A stretch of 51,758 nt of DNA from Nitrospinota bacterium (GCA_036011265.1 DASCNB010000011.1:1-51758); one strand, 5' to 3'; counted from the first letter of the stretch, positions 1 to 9,816 are shown. Notes: generated by a model not told the origin, from the letters alone. Numbers and translations are program-made.

Positions 1-721
1 TTTTACTATTTTCATTCAGCTGGCATTTCCATCTCAATGCCACAACATCCGTTGAATTTTCAATTCCAATTATCAAGGGAATTTTTTTATGTAACTTAGC
101 TGCAAGTTCCTTGGCACGATTGCCCGGAGTACTCTTCTTACTATTGTACTTTTCTTCCAGCTTTTGAATAGCATTAATAGTATCTAATATATTCAAGGTT
201 TGATTTTCAATAATATTCCATTTTTGAAGAAAGACGATCATTGGGAAAAAGAGGTACCCCATAGCAGCCCTGGGTGGTATTCCCGAAGGAATTTTAACTA
301 TTGGCACTTTCTGTCGGTTTGCAAGAAATGCTAATCTACCACCACTTGTAATGGCTACAACCTTTGATTTTCTTTTAAGCACTTCCTTAAAAGCAGTTAA
401 AGTTTCTTCTGTATCTCCTGAGTAGCTAACCGCAAACACCAGACTTTTTTCATTAACAAATTGCGGCAAATCATAATTTCGATTGACTATAATGGGTACA
501 GGAGATTCATTAATGAAAAGAGTTTTCAGCAAATCTCCAACGATAGCGGAGGCACCCATCCCAAGTATCACTATGTTTTGAACTTTTTTGGGTTTAGAAA
601 AATTTGGACAGGCTTTGGCAATATCAACGGCACTCTGGCATTGCTCAGCAAATCCTGAAATATGGCGAAGCAACAATCCTTTATCTACTTTAGTTATAGT
701 TTTTAAATTATTGAGTATCAT
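1..721 (-). CDS. bifunctional phosphoglucose/phosphomannose isomerase (SIS domain), N-terminal 240 codons; C-terminus runs off the left window edge
   Basis: Not in the ORF track because there is no stop in the window. I checked the minus frame codon by codon from the ATG (719-721) to position 2 and found no stop. Translation MILNNLKTITKVDKGLLLRHISGFAEQCQ...VILGMGASAIVGD...VFAVSYSGDTEETL...RWKCQLNENSK shows SIS phosphosugar-binding patterns and the RWK.Q.NEN box I associate with the PGI/PMI family. Confidence 0.7.
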   Translation of the reverse strand, partial: MILNNLKTITKVDKGLLLRHISGFAEQCQSAVDIAKACPNFSKPKKVQNIVILGMGASAIVGDLLKTLFINESPVPIIVNRNYDLPQFVNEKSLVFAVSYSGDTEETLTAFKEVLKRKSKVVAITSGGRLAFLANRQKVPIVKIPSGIPPRAAMGYLFFPMIVFLQKWNIIENQTLNILDTINAIQKLEEKYNSKKSTPGNRAKELAAKLHKKIPLIIGIENSTDVVALRWKCQLNENSK

Positions 722-882
722 TCATTCTCCAATTTAATAAGTTGATAAAACAACTTTTTAAGATATCATATTTTCACTTAATATTAAAGTAATAGTTCAG
801 AAATTGTGGAAATGAAATTGTATTATTACCGCCTATTATTTCTCAGCAATACTCCATCAAGCATGTTTCAAAAAAATAATAG

Positions 883-1695
883 TTACTTTTTAGCTACAGC
901 CCATATATTATTTGAAAAAAGAAAATTTAAAGGAAAGATTAAAGAAAAAGGGAAAAGATGACATACTACTTGACGGGCGAATTCTAAAATTTTTTCTTTC
1001 GTAGAGTTCTTTTTTACTGGACTGATATATTCATTTCCCAACCATACTTTTGCATAAAAACCAGCCTTTGTTAAACAATCTTTCAAGCTTAATATCGTTT
1101 GTTCATTAATGTGAACTTTTAAGTCTGTTTCATTTCGGATTTCCCTTGTCAGCAGATTTTGTTTAAAAATGCGGTTTAATATTTTATTTACCGGTCGTTC
1201 CCATAAGGGGTAACCAAAATCATTATACCATCGGTTTGGTGAGGTATGGATTATCAGTTCTCCATTTTCTTTCAATGTTCTTTTACATTCTTTCAAGCAT
1301 TGCAAAAGATCGGCAGGTGAAAGATGCTCTGCTACATCCATAAAAAATATTTTGTCAAAAGTACTCTCTTTAAAGGGCAAAGTATCCCCGGAAGCTTGAT
1401 GAACTGAAAAAAAAGACGTTTTATTATCCGGAAGTGATTGTTTCGCTACTTTAGCAATTTCAATCGCGTCAGAAGCATAGTCTATGCCATAGGAATGAAT
1501 ATTTTCCCTAGCACATGCCAGAACAAAATCCCCTCTTCCACACCCTATATCAAGAATTTTCATCGCTGACCTTAATTTTGCCATATTAACGGCATCTTTG
1601 AGCCTAGGAGAGATTAATCCTTTTTTGAAACAATCTATACCTTCCATTGAAAGAAAATATTCTTTTGAATAAAGTTTTGAATCTGGAGTTTTCAT
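883..1695 (-). CDS. class I SAM-dependent methyltransferase
   Basis: 270-aa ORF. SAM motif I ILDIGCGRGDF, then acidic loop GIDYASDA and FFMDVAEHL. 4-nt overlap with the upstream GT4 gene. Confidence 0.8.
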   Translation of the reverse strand: MKTPDSKLYSKEYFLSMEGIDCFKKGLISPRLKDAVNMAKLRSAMKILDIGCGRGDFVLACARENIHSYGIDYASDAIEIAKVAKQSLPDNKTSFFSVHQASGDTLPFKESTFDKIFFMDVAEHLSPADLLQCLKECKRTLKENGELIIHTSPNRWYNDFGYPLWERPVNKILNRIFKQNLLTREIRNETDLKVHINEQTILSLKDCLTKAGFYAKVWLGNEYISPVKKNSTKEKILEFARQVVCHLFPFSLIFPLNFLFSNNIWAVAKK

Positions 1696-2828
1696 AATAG
1701 TGATTTATATATTTCAATATGTTTTTTTACGGCAGAATCCCATGAAAAATCTTTTTTAGCCTTTTCTTGTGCGGTTTTTGTCCTGTTTTGCATTTTTTCT
1801 ATATTTTCTAAGGCAAAAATAATTGCCCTTGTTAAAGACTCAATATCTTCAGAAGGTACTAATCGCCCGGTTTCTCCGTCTTTCATTATTTCCGGTATTG
1901 CTCCTGCTCTTGTGGATATAACTGGTATTCCAGCGGCCATAGCTTCAGCAATGGTTAATCCGAAACTCTCGATTCTGGATGGAAGAATGCATAAATTACA
2001 GTTGGACATAATTTTTTGAATTTCAATTTTTCCTTTCCAACCATAAAAAATAACGTTATTATTAACACCCAGTTCTTTACAAAGCCTTTTGCTTAAATCC
2101 ATATAATTTCCCTCTCCAATTAAATGAAGTTTAAAATCCGGAAACTTTTGAAGCACATTTGCAAAAGATTTCACCAAAATATCGATTCCCTTTTCATGCT
2201 CTACCCTCCCAAAGTACAGCAGGTTTGAAATTTTATCTTTCTTTTGAACAGCTACATTAAACCAGGATGGGTCTACACCCGGAGAAATGGTTTTTATGAC
2301 ATTGCGGTACTTTCCCTGTATTCCGTTTATGACCAATCTCCTCGAAAAGTTGCTGTATGTTAACAACAGATCAGCTTTGATTGCAACTGCTCTCAGGAGA
2401 TAAAAATTCAACCTTTTTAACAATTGGATTGGACATCTTAACGCTTTTATAATTCCGGTCTTTGGAATAAATGGGGAATGAGATGTGAGAACAAATTTAG
2501 AACCTCTTAATTTTACCAGGTACGGAATAAAAAAGGCTTCTTCACCATTTCCATGAATAATATCTAAATGAACTTTTCTGCTTAATTTAAGAACCTGAAA
2601 AGCAACAGAAAAGATATTGAGATTTACAGTCTTAACATTAAAATGCTTCGCAAATATGGCACTGTAATTCAAAGAAGGCAGGCTTTTATTTTGGCTGTTG
2701 CCGGTATAGACAACCCAGACATTGCAGTTGTTTTTCGCCAAGTTTGTTGCAAGATAGTGAACTGCAATTTGTCCTCCTCCTTTAAAATCAGACCATGGAG
2801 AAGAATTAACTGTCAAGCAAATATTCAT
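1692..2828 (-). CDS. GT4-family (GT-B fold) glycosyltransferase
   Basis: 378-aa ORF. C-terminal retaining GT-B signature RIESFGLTIAEAMAAGIPVISTRAGAIPEI (E-x7-E type). Confidence 0.85.
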   Translation of the reverse strand: MNICLTVNSSPWSDFKGGGQIAVHYLATNLAKNNCNVWVVYTGNSQNKSLPSLNYSAIFAKHFNVKTVNLNIFSVAFQVLKLSRKVHLDIIHGNGEEAFFIPYLVKLRGSKFVLTSHSPFIPKTGIIKALRCPIQLLKRLNFYLLRAVAIKADLLLTYSNFSRRLVINGIQGKYRNVIKTISPGVDPSWFNVAVQKKDKISNLLYFGRVEHEKGIDILVKSFANVLQKFPDFKLHLIGEGNYMDLSKRLCKELGVNNNVIFYGWKGKIEIQKIMSNCNLCILPSRIESFGLTIAEAMAAGIPVISTRAGAIPEIMKDGETGRLVPSEDIESLTRAIIFALENIEKMQNRTKTAQEKAKKDFSWDSAVKKHIEIYKSLL

Positions 2829-2905
2829 AGTAAGCGCTCAACCATCAGTTGTCAGCTATCAGATAGGCAAAAGCTTGGTTAACAAGATTGCAGGATGGGC
2901 AAGAT

Positions 2906-2991
2906 TTTTGGTTGCGACTTTCGCCGGGCTGTATCATTCTATGGCTTAATTAAACTTTTGTTTCTATCCTGAGCATCTTGTTTATCCTGTC
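2906..2991. repeat. intergenic repeat element, copy A (core ttttggttgc...gggctgtatcattc plus catcttgtttatcctgtc)
   Basis: Shares the exact 10-mer ttttggttgc (2906-2915) with 4189-4198, followed by a similar about 25-nt tail. Also shares a catctt(c)gt..cctgt block with copy B. Locally G+C-richer than the surroundings. Confidence 0.35.
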
Positions 2992-3018
2992 AAAAATTCT
3001 CCTGACCGAACTATTGCG

Positions 3019-3491
3019 TTATAATAATGGAATAGTATTTAGATTAACTGAATAAAGGCTTCTATCTCTTTTTTTAAATCTATCTGCTGTTGGAAAAAAT
3101 TTATCAACTAATCTATCCAACCGGTCTCCCATCAACTCAAATCCCTAAATATTTCTAAAGAGGCAACAGAATGTTAAAAACTCATCAAGAGAAGCAACAG
3201 GTTCTTCTGAAACTATTGCTGGACGAATATCCTTACGCTCAAATGTCATTCGATACAATAACTACTTATGCCAATGCTCTCCACCTTCGAAAGCCCCGTT
3301 AATTTCCTTAGCAATTATCTTAAATATTCTTTCACAAACATTGTAAAAATCATGCAAAATAGAACCTTTAACACACCTTGTCTCTGATTTATTAATATAA
3401 GGTTTAACTCCTTTTTTAATTTTTCAATATTGGAAAGCTCAATAACAATTAAACCTTTTATTTCTTGTAAAAAACTATTTTCCAGATTCAT
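3019..3491 (-). pseudogene. HEPN-domain (HepT-like) toxin gene, disrupted by a frameshift and in-frame stops
   Basis: My translation: MNLENSFLQEIKGLIVIELSNIEKLKKELNLI... in one frame. It then continues as SILHDFYNVCERIFKIIAKEINGAFEGGEHWHK*LLYRMTFERKDIRPAIVSEEPVASLDEFLTF..FRNI*GFEL in shifted frames with stops. The start overlaps the stop of the MntA-like remnant, as in TA pairs. Confidence 0.5.
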
Positions 3492-3825
3492 AAATTACTC
3501 TACCTTTTTCCAAAACAAGCCTTTTAAATTCAGCGTTTATATCTTCAAAAGGTTTTATGTCAATAACTGTCTTACATTCTCCTCAACAATGCCCAATGGC
3601 CTTAAAGTATTGGCCTCCTAAGCCTTCTACAACAAGATCATCATCCGAACTTATAATTATCTTTCCATTAACCATAGACCCAAAAAGTATTATACATTTG
3701 AATAAGTAGTGATATCTTAGGATATTAACAGCATTATTTAAATCATTCTGAAGATATTTCTTCCTCAGCTTGATCTTTTTAGTCTTATTCAATAATATTC
3801 TTTCTGCAATATATGAGATTTTCAT
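3475..3825 (-). pseudogene. MntA-like minimal nucleotidyltransferase antitoxin gene, frameshifted
   Basis: Track ORF 3583-3825 carries FGSMVNGKIIISSDDDLVVEGL (the GS-x9-12-D-x-D nucleotidyltransferase motif) and stops early. The expected C-terminus VIDIKPFEDINAEFKRLVLEKGRVIYESGK is readable in another frame down to 3475. Confidence 0.5.
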
Positions 3826-3868
3826 TTGTTCTCCCAGATAAGTTTCGTTTCATCATAACAAATAAATA

Positions 3869-4093
3869 TTACAGTATGATCAAGTCAATCAGATCTAATA
3901 GCTCAAAATGCTTATCCCTTGTTAGCAGTATGCCGTCGACTTCCATGCAGCAAGCAGCTATCCATACATCGTTAATGGGTATCTTGTTTCCTTTCTGCAC
4001 TGCAAATTTGTAAAATTGTGCTTTTTTAGCAAAGTTTTTGTAAACCATTAAAAGGAATGGAGCATATATTTTGCTGATGGTACGAATCAACAC
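3869..4093 (-). pseudogene. PIN-domain (VapC-like) toxin, C-terminal fragment only
   Basis: 74-aa ORF with KGNKIPINDVWIAACCMEVDGILLTRDKHFELL, the typical C-terminal half of PIN nucleases. The N-terminal acidic residues and a cognate antitoxin are not found. Confidence 0.45.
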
Positions 4094-4144
4094 AGATTAA
4101 AACATTTTGTTTTCAGTCTAAGCCTGAAAATAAAAAAGAATATA

Positions 4145-4222
4145 TCCGCGTAAATCTGTTTAATCAGCGTCATCTTCGTCCTGTTTTATTTTGGTTGCTG
4201 CCCCTAGCTAGACTGCATAGTC
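4145..4222. repeat. intergenic repeat element, copy B (tccgcgtaaatctgtttaatcagcgtcatcttcgtcctgttttattttggttgctgcccctagctagactgcatagtc)
   Basis: Contains ttttggttgc at 4189-4198 and a tail similar to copy A, in the same orientation. Copies A and B bracket the toxin-antitoxin remnants. Confidence 0.35.
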
Positions 4223-4504
4223 GGAATAGAAATTCGTATATTGATTAATTTTTCCTTTTCTGAAGAAATTCTAAGGCTTAAAGACATCCATACTCACCTT
4301 CTTGTATTTCAATGCTAATATTGTATCGCACAATAGCAAGTTAGACAAAAAAAATTCAGTGAAAAATATTTTATTAACTCTTTGCTCGTAAAATAATACT
4401 TGATTCCTATCAAATACTCTAAAAGCCATTTGCGCTTTCTTTGCCTTCTCTGTCTTGAATTTAATACTGCAGTCCATCCAAAAACAAACTTCTAAAATCA
4501 GTCC

Positions 4505-4521
4505 TTTTTTTTTGGGGGGGG
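4505..4521. repeat. composite homopolymer tract T9G8
   Basis: Sequence tttttttttgggggggg read directly at 4505-4521, in the intergenic region about 300 nt upstream of the plus-strand SDR gene. A G8 run stands out in this AT-rich DNA. Confidence 0.9.
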
Positions 4522-4817
4522 CATATATCTCTCTTCAACAGGCTGTCAATGAAAGTGCCCCTTTATCTGAGAAAAGAAGGGAGGAATTTATCTGATCGCC
4601 AATGGGTCATAGATTTACTAACACTTTCAATTATACGCCTTTTAATTCCTATTCTTGTATTAATATTAAACCTGTGATAACTTTTCTCTTAAACACCGGC
4701 TTAATATATGTTTTTTACTTTCTTTGGAATAGTGCTATTTCAGCAGGGAAACCAAGATGTCTTAACTTCTTTTCACATTTTTAGTAAAAAAAGCAAACAA
4801 TAGAAAAGGAATATTAT

Positions 4818-5540
4818 ATGAAAAATGTTTTTATCACAGGAGGAAGCTCCGGTATTGGATTAGCTCTGGCGAAGGATTATGTGAAAGAGGGTTATCGTGT
4901 AGGGATATGTGGAAGAGACCCCAATAAGTTTAAAAATATTAATGGAATCACTTTTTACGAAGCTAATGTAACAGACAGGGAAAATTTACGGCAGTCCATC
5001 ATCGATTTTGCAGAGAAGGGCCTTGATATTCTTATTGCAAATGCTGGAATTTCTGCTATTGAAAAAACAAGGATTCCTGATTTTGAAAAAGCTAGAAAAA
5101 TTATTGATGTTAATCTCATTGGCTTACTCAACACGTTTGAAATTGGAGTTGAATTATTTAAAAAAAATGGCGGACACCTAGTGGCCATCTCTTCTGTTTC
5201 AGGATTTGTCGGGCTTCCTGGTACCGCTGCTTATTGTTCGTCTAAAGCAGCTGTTTTAAAGCTGTGTGAATCTTTTGCAATTGATTTTAGGCCTATAGGT
5301 ATTCATGTAACAGCCATTGCTCCCGGGTTTGTTGATACTCCTCTTACAAAACTTAATAAACACCCTATGCCTTTTATTATCTCCTCGTCTAAGACGTCCA
5401 AACTTATTAGAAATGCCATTTCAAAAAAAAAGGAACTCTACGTATTCCCATTTGGAATGTATTTGATGATTACAATTTTAGCTTACATGCCCCGCATGCT
5501 TTATCGAATGCTTATGAGAAGTATTAGTTTCTATAAATAG
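4818..5540 (+). CDS. short-chain dehydrogenase/reductase (classical SDR)
   Basis: 240 aa. ITGGSSGIGLALA cofactor motif, NAG, catalytic S...YCSSK. Confidence 0.8.
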   Translation: MKNVFITGGSSGIGLALAKDYVKEGYRVGICGRDPNKFKNINGITFYEANVTDRENLRQSIIDFAEKGLDILIANAGISAIEKTRIPDFEKARKIIDVNLIGLLNTFEIGVELFKKNGGHLVAISSVSGFVGLPGTAAYCSSKAAVLKLCESFAIDFRPIGIHVTAIAPGFVDTPLTKLNKHPMPFIISSSKTSKLIRNAISKKKELYVFPFGMYLMITILAYMPRMLYRMLMRSISFYK

Positions 5541-5562
5541 AGAAATAGCCAGAGGAAATGCT

Positions 5563-7200
5563 GTGTTTAACAAAAAAAATAATTTGGTAATTACAATATC
5601 CTTATTTTGCATAATTCTTTTTAAACGATTGATTTTTTTGAATTTAGGAGTAAATCTTGAGGAAGCCAAAGACCTTGAAGCAATAATTAAAATCACTAAT
5701 GGTGAAGTACTTTACCGGGATTTCTATTATATTTACGGATTTCTGGGTTTATACTTAAATGCAGCAGTATTCAAACTTTTTGGCGTTGCTGACATTCTGA
5801 TTCCGCGTCTAATTGTCTCCCTGTTTTTCGCTTCTTCTGTATTTTTTGCTTACAAGATCGCATTGAGATTTGTATCTCCATTTTGGGCTTTTGTAGCAGT
5901 ACTGCTTGGTTTTTCCGGGCTTGTTACAAGGGAACATACATATGGTCACATTTTTGCGTTTGCCGGTATTATAACGTCTCTATGGGCAGGGCTTTCATAT
6001 ATCAATGAGAGGAACCTCAGGTATCTGATTTTAGCAGGACTGTCGACAGGCATTGCTTTAATAAGTAAACCATTGCCGCAGGGGATTTTAGCAAGTTTTG
6101 CACTAATGAGCTTACTGGTTTACGAATATTTTTTTATAGATAAGAAGTGGAACCCGCTTCCTTATGTGGCTTTTATTTTAAGCCTCCTGATTTTTCCGTC
6201 CTTGGGAGTTTTATATTTTTATTCACAAAACGCGCTTTTATTATTTTTAAAGTCGTTATTTCCCATGTTTAGTGGCGGAGCTTTCCATCCCAGCACTTAT
6301 TTTTATATCCCGTCTATTGTTCCTGATGCTTTTTTTTCTGCAAGAAGTTTAGGAGAACTGAAGGCTATTTTGAACATTTATTTGTATCAAAATTTAAGGT
6401 GGTGGCTGATCTCAATTTTATTTATTATCGGCATTGCATATTCAATTCGTAATTTGTACAGGGACAGACAAAATAGCCATTTTTTATCTGTTTTATTTTT
6501 GAGCAGTTTTTCAATGGTTTTTGAACTTCAGAGAATCCTGATCCCTGGTTTAAACCCTTATGTAAGTCTGTTTCCTACGTTTGTGTTGTTGATTTACTTT
6601 GGAATCAAAATAAATACTTCCCGGCATGCAAAGCAGATGGTCCAAATTATGATCTTTTTATTGCTTTTCCTTTATTTTATATATCCGCCTTTAATTTATT
6701 ATATTAATTATAAAAATAACGGACAACCGCTCCGGTTAAAATATGCAGATAATGTTATCGTAAAGCCTTTTACCTATAATGCATATAGAGAAGCTGTAAG
6801 TTTTATCAAAGAAAAAACGGACGTTGCTGATAAAATAGTTGTCGCGGATTACAATTCTTTCTTTTTCTTATTTAGCGAGAGAGAAAACTTATTTTCAGAG
6901 AATTTTTATTTATTTAGCGTAACAACATTTCATCCACTAGGGAAAAGTTTTTCAATTACTTATAAAAAAAAAATACTCAGAGAAAATGCAATTATTGAAC
7001 GCATTAAGACAGAAAAGCCGGCGCTGGTTTTAATCCCTTCTGATTATCTAACTGCTAATTCCATTGAACAGTCTGTGTTCTTAAAATACATAATCAATAA
7101 TTGGAACAAATGCAAAGAAACAGGCGTCGGGACAAAAAGAACCGCGTTTGATAATAATATAGGTGTTACTATATTTTGTTCATCTGAAAGAAATTTTTAA
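5563..7200 (+). CDS. polytopic GT-C-fold glycosyltransferase-like membrane protein (ArnT/PMT-like) with a C-terminal soluble domain
   Basis: 545 aa with a GTG start. About 11 hydrophobic segments. N-terminal loop GEVLYRDFYYIYGFLG resembles the first periplasmic loop of ArnT/PMT_2 proteins. The last about 170 aa are hydrophilic. Confidence 0.5.
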   Translation: MFNKKNNLVITISLFCIILFKRLIFLNLGVNLEEAKDLEAIIKITNGEVLYRDFYYIYGFLGLYLNAAVFKLFGVADILIPRLIVSLFFASSVFFAYKIALRFVSPFWAFVAVLLGFSGLVTREHTYGHIFAFAGIITSLWAGLSYINERNLRYLILAGLSTGIALISKPLPQGILASFALMSLLVYEYFFIDKKWNPLPYVAFILSLLIFPSLGVLYFYSQNALLLFLKSLFPMFSGGAFHPSTYFYIPSIVPDAFFSARSLGELKAILNIYLYQNLRWWLISILFIIGIAYSIRNLYRDRQNSHFLSVLFLSSFSMVFELQRILIPGLNPYVSLFPTFVLLIYFGIKINTSRHAKQMVQIMIFLLLFLYFIYPPLIYYINYKNNGQPLRLKYADNVIVKPFTYNAYREAVSFIKEKTDVADKIVVADYNSFFFLFSERENLFSENFYLFSVTTFHPLGKSFSITYKKKILRENAIIERIKTEKPALVLIPSDYLTANSIEQSVFLKYIINNWNKCKETGVGTKRTAFDNNIGVTIFCSSERNF

Positions 7201-7275
7201 CGGAGAGTTGCCTGGAGACGTAAAACTTATAGGGTTAAATAAACAACGCAGGGAGACCTTGTTTAAATTGATATT

Positions 7276-8379
7276 CTATGTTTTAGTGCATCTTGCGCAT
7301 CCTGGAAATAATCCCTTTTTCAAGCTTCTTCTAAATTTAATAAATTTTTCTGAATTCCATATATCAAGAAAAGGTTTTTCATTTATGTTTCCTACAGAAT
7401 ACTTAAAAGCCTCGCATGGAACAACATCTCCATTGGGATAAATAAAAGCTCCCCTGTGCACAAAGTAACATTTTCTTGATGTTTTAAATTTACTCGAATA
7501 CCAATCTTTCATTTCTTCTAGACTTAAATCGGGAGTCATGCTAAACCTTCCCTTGTATTCATTAGTAAATTTCTTGATTTTATCAAAATAGATACTTGCT
7601 TTTTCTTTAGGGTCATAAAAATAATTAACTTCGTCTATATGCTCTCCCGGAAATGTTTTATCCATAACCTGTTTATTTATTTTAACATCTTCTTCAGCAA
7701 CATACGTAGGGTGTCCAAACCTTATTAAATCAACTTTTAATTCCTCTCCAAGCTCTACTATTTTCCCTAATTCATCAAGGTTTTCTTCTAAAATTGTAGT
7801 ATGAAGCATGATTTTTGTTTTTCTATTTTTGTACGTGGAGAATTCTTTTATGGCGTTAAGGGTTTTCTCGTAAGCTCCTTTAATGCCGAGGATATCATCA
7901 TGTTTATGCCCAATTCCTTCCATCGCAAAAACGACATAACTCATTTCCACATCTACTATTTCTTTAATCAGTTCAGGCGTAAATAGGGTCCCGTTAGTAA
8001 AAATGCCACACTTCATTCCATAAGCCTTAATCCTTTTGGCAATTTCAATAAAATCTTTTCTGATTGTCGGCTCTCCGCCAAAGAAAGTTATACTCGGCTT
8101 ATAAGGAGAGACTTCCTTTAGCAGCTTATCTATTCCTTCAAAAGTTAAATCATTTTTATCTTTATTCAGCAGGGCTCCCACATTGCACATACTACATTTT
8201 GCATTGCATTTCAATGTTAGAAAAAGAGCAATATTGATCGGAGCATGATTTTTCCCATCACCACGAATATAATAATCGTAAGAAAAAAGAAAAATCTCTT
8301 TTAATGCTCTTAAGTAGGAATAAGCATTAAATTTGGTTATGGCTACATGATGCCTTTCGATCGAAGTTAATATTGACAT
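7276..8379 (-). CDS. radical SAM enzyme with C-terminal SPASM/twitch-like Cys cluster
   Basis: 367 aa. LTLKCNAKCSMCN (CxxxCxxC), FFGGEPT. C-terminal cysteines in GDVVPCEAF and FPGCARCTK. Confidence 0.8.
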   Translation of the reverse strand: MSILTSIERHHVAITKFNAYSYLRALKEIFLFSYDYYIRGDGKNHAPINIALFLTLKCNAKCSMCNVGALLNKDKNDLTFEGIDKLLKEVSPYKPSITFFGGEPTIRKDFIEIAKRIKAYGMKCGIFTNGTLFTPELIKEIVDVEMSYVVFAMEGIGHKHDDILGIKGAYEKTLNAIKEFSTYKNRKTKIMLHTTILEENLDELGKIVELGEELKVDLIRFGHPTYVAEEDVKINKQVMDKTFPGEHIDEVNYFYDPKEKASIYFDKIKKFTNEYKGRFSMTPDLSLEEMKDWYSSKFKTSRKCYFVHRGAFIYPNGDVVPCEAFKYSVGNINEKPFLDIWNSEKFIKFRRSLKKGLFPGCARCTKT

Positions 8380-8388
8380 TTTATTATT

Positions 8389-9816
8389 CTATATTTTTAT
8401 AACTGCCTTAAAACCTCTCCAAAACCTTTTTATATCGACCATGCTTTTGATGGAAAATAGCTGTCTAATCATATAGCTTGGTCTTATATAGAATTCTTTG
8501 TACGCTCTGGATATGGATTTTTTAATATAATCTTCTGTTAGCCCATCAGGAACATAATGAAGTTTGGAACTGCTGGAATTAATTAAGCAAGAGAAACTAC
8601 CAAAATTCTCATGAAGCAGCTTTCCTTCTTTTTTTATGATTTCGTACAATTCATTTCCCGGGTAAACCATTACCGCGTAAAATGCAACAACATCCGTTGA
8701 GAGTTTTTTGGCAAAACTTATGGTATCTTCTATGCTTTGTTTTGTTTCTCCGGGCATTCCTATAATTATCAGTGCCATTGTTTTTATCCCGACTTTTTTA
8801 GACCATTTTATAGCCTGCATACTCTGCTCTAATGTTATGCTCTTTTTTATTCTATCTAAAACGACTTGATTCCCCGATTCAATTCCATAACTGATCATCC
8901 AGCATCCCGCTTTTTTCATTTTATGCAGTAATTCCAGATCGACAGAATCGACTCTTGACGAGCAACTCCATGAAATATCAATTTTTTTGTTAAGAATTTC
9001 ATCACATATCCGCATAACTCTTTTTTTATCAATTGTAAAAAGGTCATCAAAAAATTTAATGTCTTTCACACCATATTCTTTTACCAGGACTTCTATTTCA
9101 TCAACAACGTTGTTAGCAGTCCTTGCTCGAAATTTATTTCCAAATACAGATCTATCGCAGAAAGTACATTTATAAGGACATCCCCTGCTGGTAATCATGT
9201 GCGCGGAAGGAAGTCGCTTATAACCTCCCGGCATTGGAGCATAAAAGTCTAAAGAAGGGAAAAGTTCTCTTGCAGGATAAGGAATTTCGTCAAGATTTTT
9301 TATAGGCAGTTTTCTTTCATTTATTATTACATTTCCATTTTCTCGCCAGACCAAAGACTTAATCTCACTAAATTTTTTCTTCCCGCTTTCAATCGTTTTG
9401 ACGAATTCCAGAAAAGAATATTCTCCTTCTCCTAAAATGCCAAAGTCAAAACAAGCCTCTTCCAAAGTTTTTTCCGGTAAAGAAGTAAAATGCGGACCAC
9501 CGATAACAAACACTGTATCTTCAGGTAAAATTGCTTTTAAATAATTAGCGACTTTGATTGCGTTAGTTATAGTGAGAACAGTTGCCGTAAAGGCCAGAAT
9601 ATCAGGATTAATTTTTTTTAACTTTTCCCCCAAGGCTTCTCTGGATATTTTAAGAGGCACGCAATCTAAAATTTCGACGTTGAATTCATTTTTTTTAAGG
9701 ACAGCGGCAATATATGCTATCCCTAAAGGCATAATGACATTAGAAACCTCTTCCAGGCTTCCAGTTTGTTCTTGCGGTGGATTAACTAGTACTATTTTAG
9801 TTTTTTTATCAGGCAT
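8389..9816 (-). CDS. B12-binding-domain radical SAM enzyme (class B) #1
   Basis: 475 aa. N-terminal Rossmann-like B12 domain (KIVLVNPP...LGIAYIAAVLKK...DILAFTA), then TSRGCPYKCTFCD. Confidence 0.8.
   Translation of the reverse strand: MPDKKTKIVLVNPPQEQTGSLEEVSNVIMPLGIAYIAAVLKKNEFNVEILDCVPLKISREALGEKLKKINPDILAFTATVLTITNAIKVANYLKAILPEDTVFVIGGPHFTSLPEKTLEEACFDFGILGEGEYSFLEFVKTIESGKKKFSEIKSLVWRENGNVIINERKLPIKNLDEIPYPARELFPSLDFYAPMPGGYKRLPSAHMITSRGCPYKCTFCDRSVFGNKFRARTANNVVDEIEVLVKEYGVKDIKFFDDLFTIDKKRVMRICDEILNKKIDISWSCSSRVDSVDLELLHKMKKAGCWMISYGIESGNQVVLDRIKKSITLEQSMQAIKWSKKVGIKTMALIIIGMPGETKQSIEDTISFAKKLSTDVVAFYAVMVYPGNELYEIIKKEGKLLHENFGSFSCLINSSSSKLHYVPDGLTEDYIKKSISRAYKEFYIRPSYMIRQLFSIKSMVDIKRFWRGFKAVIKI

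Noticed and set aside
4271-4784. Track ORFs 4271-4477 (-) and 4602-4784 (+) as real small genes, e.g. the missing VapB antitoxin
   Set aside because: No antitoxin-like (AbrB/RHH/Phd) pattern. The translations are low-complexity and hydrophobic, with no convincing ribosome-binding site. They are most likely non-coding debris.
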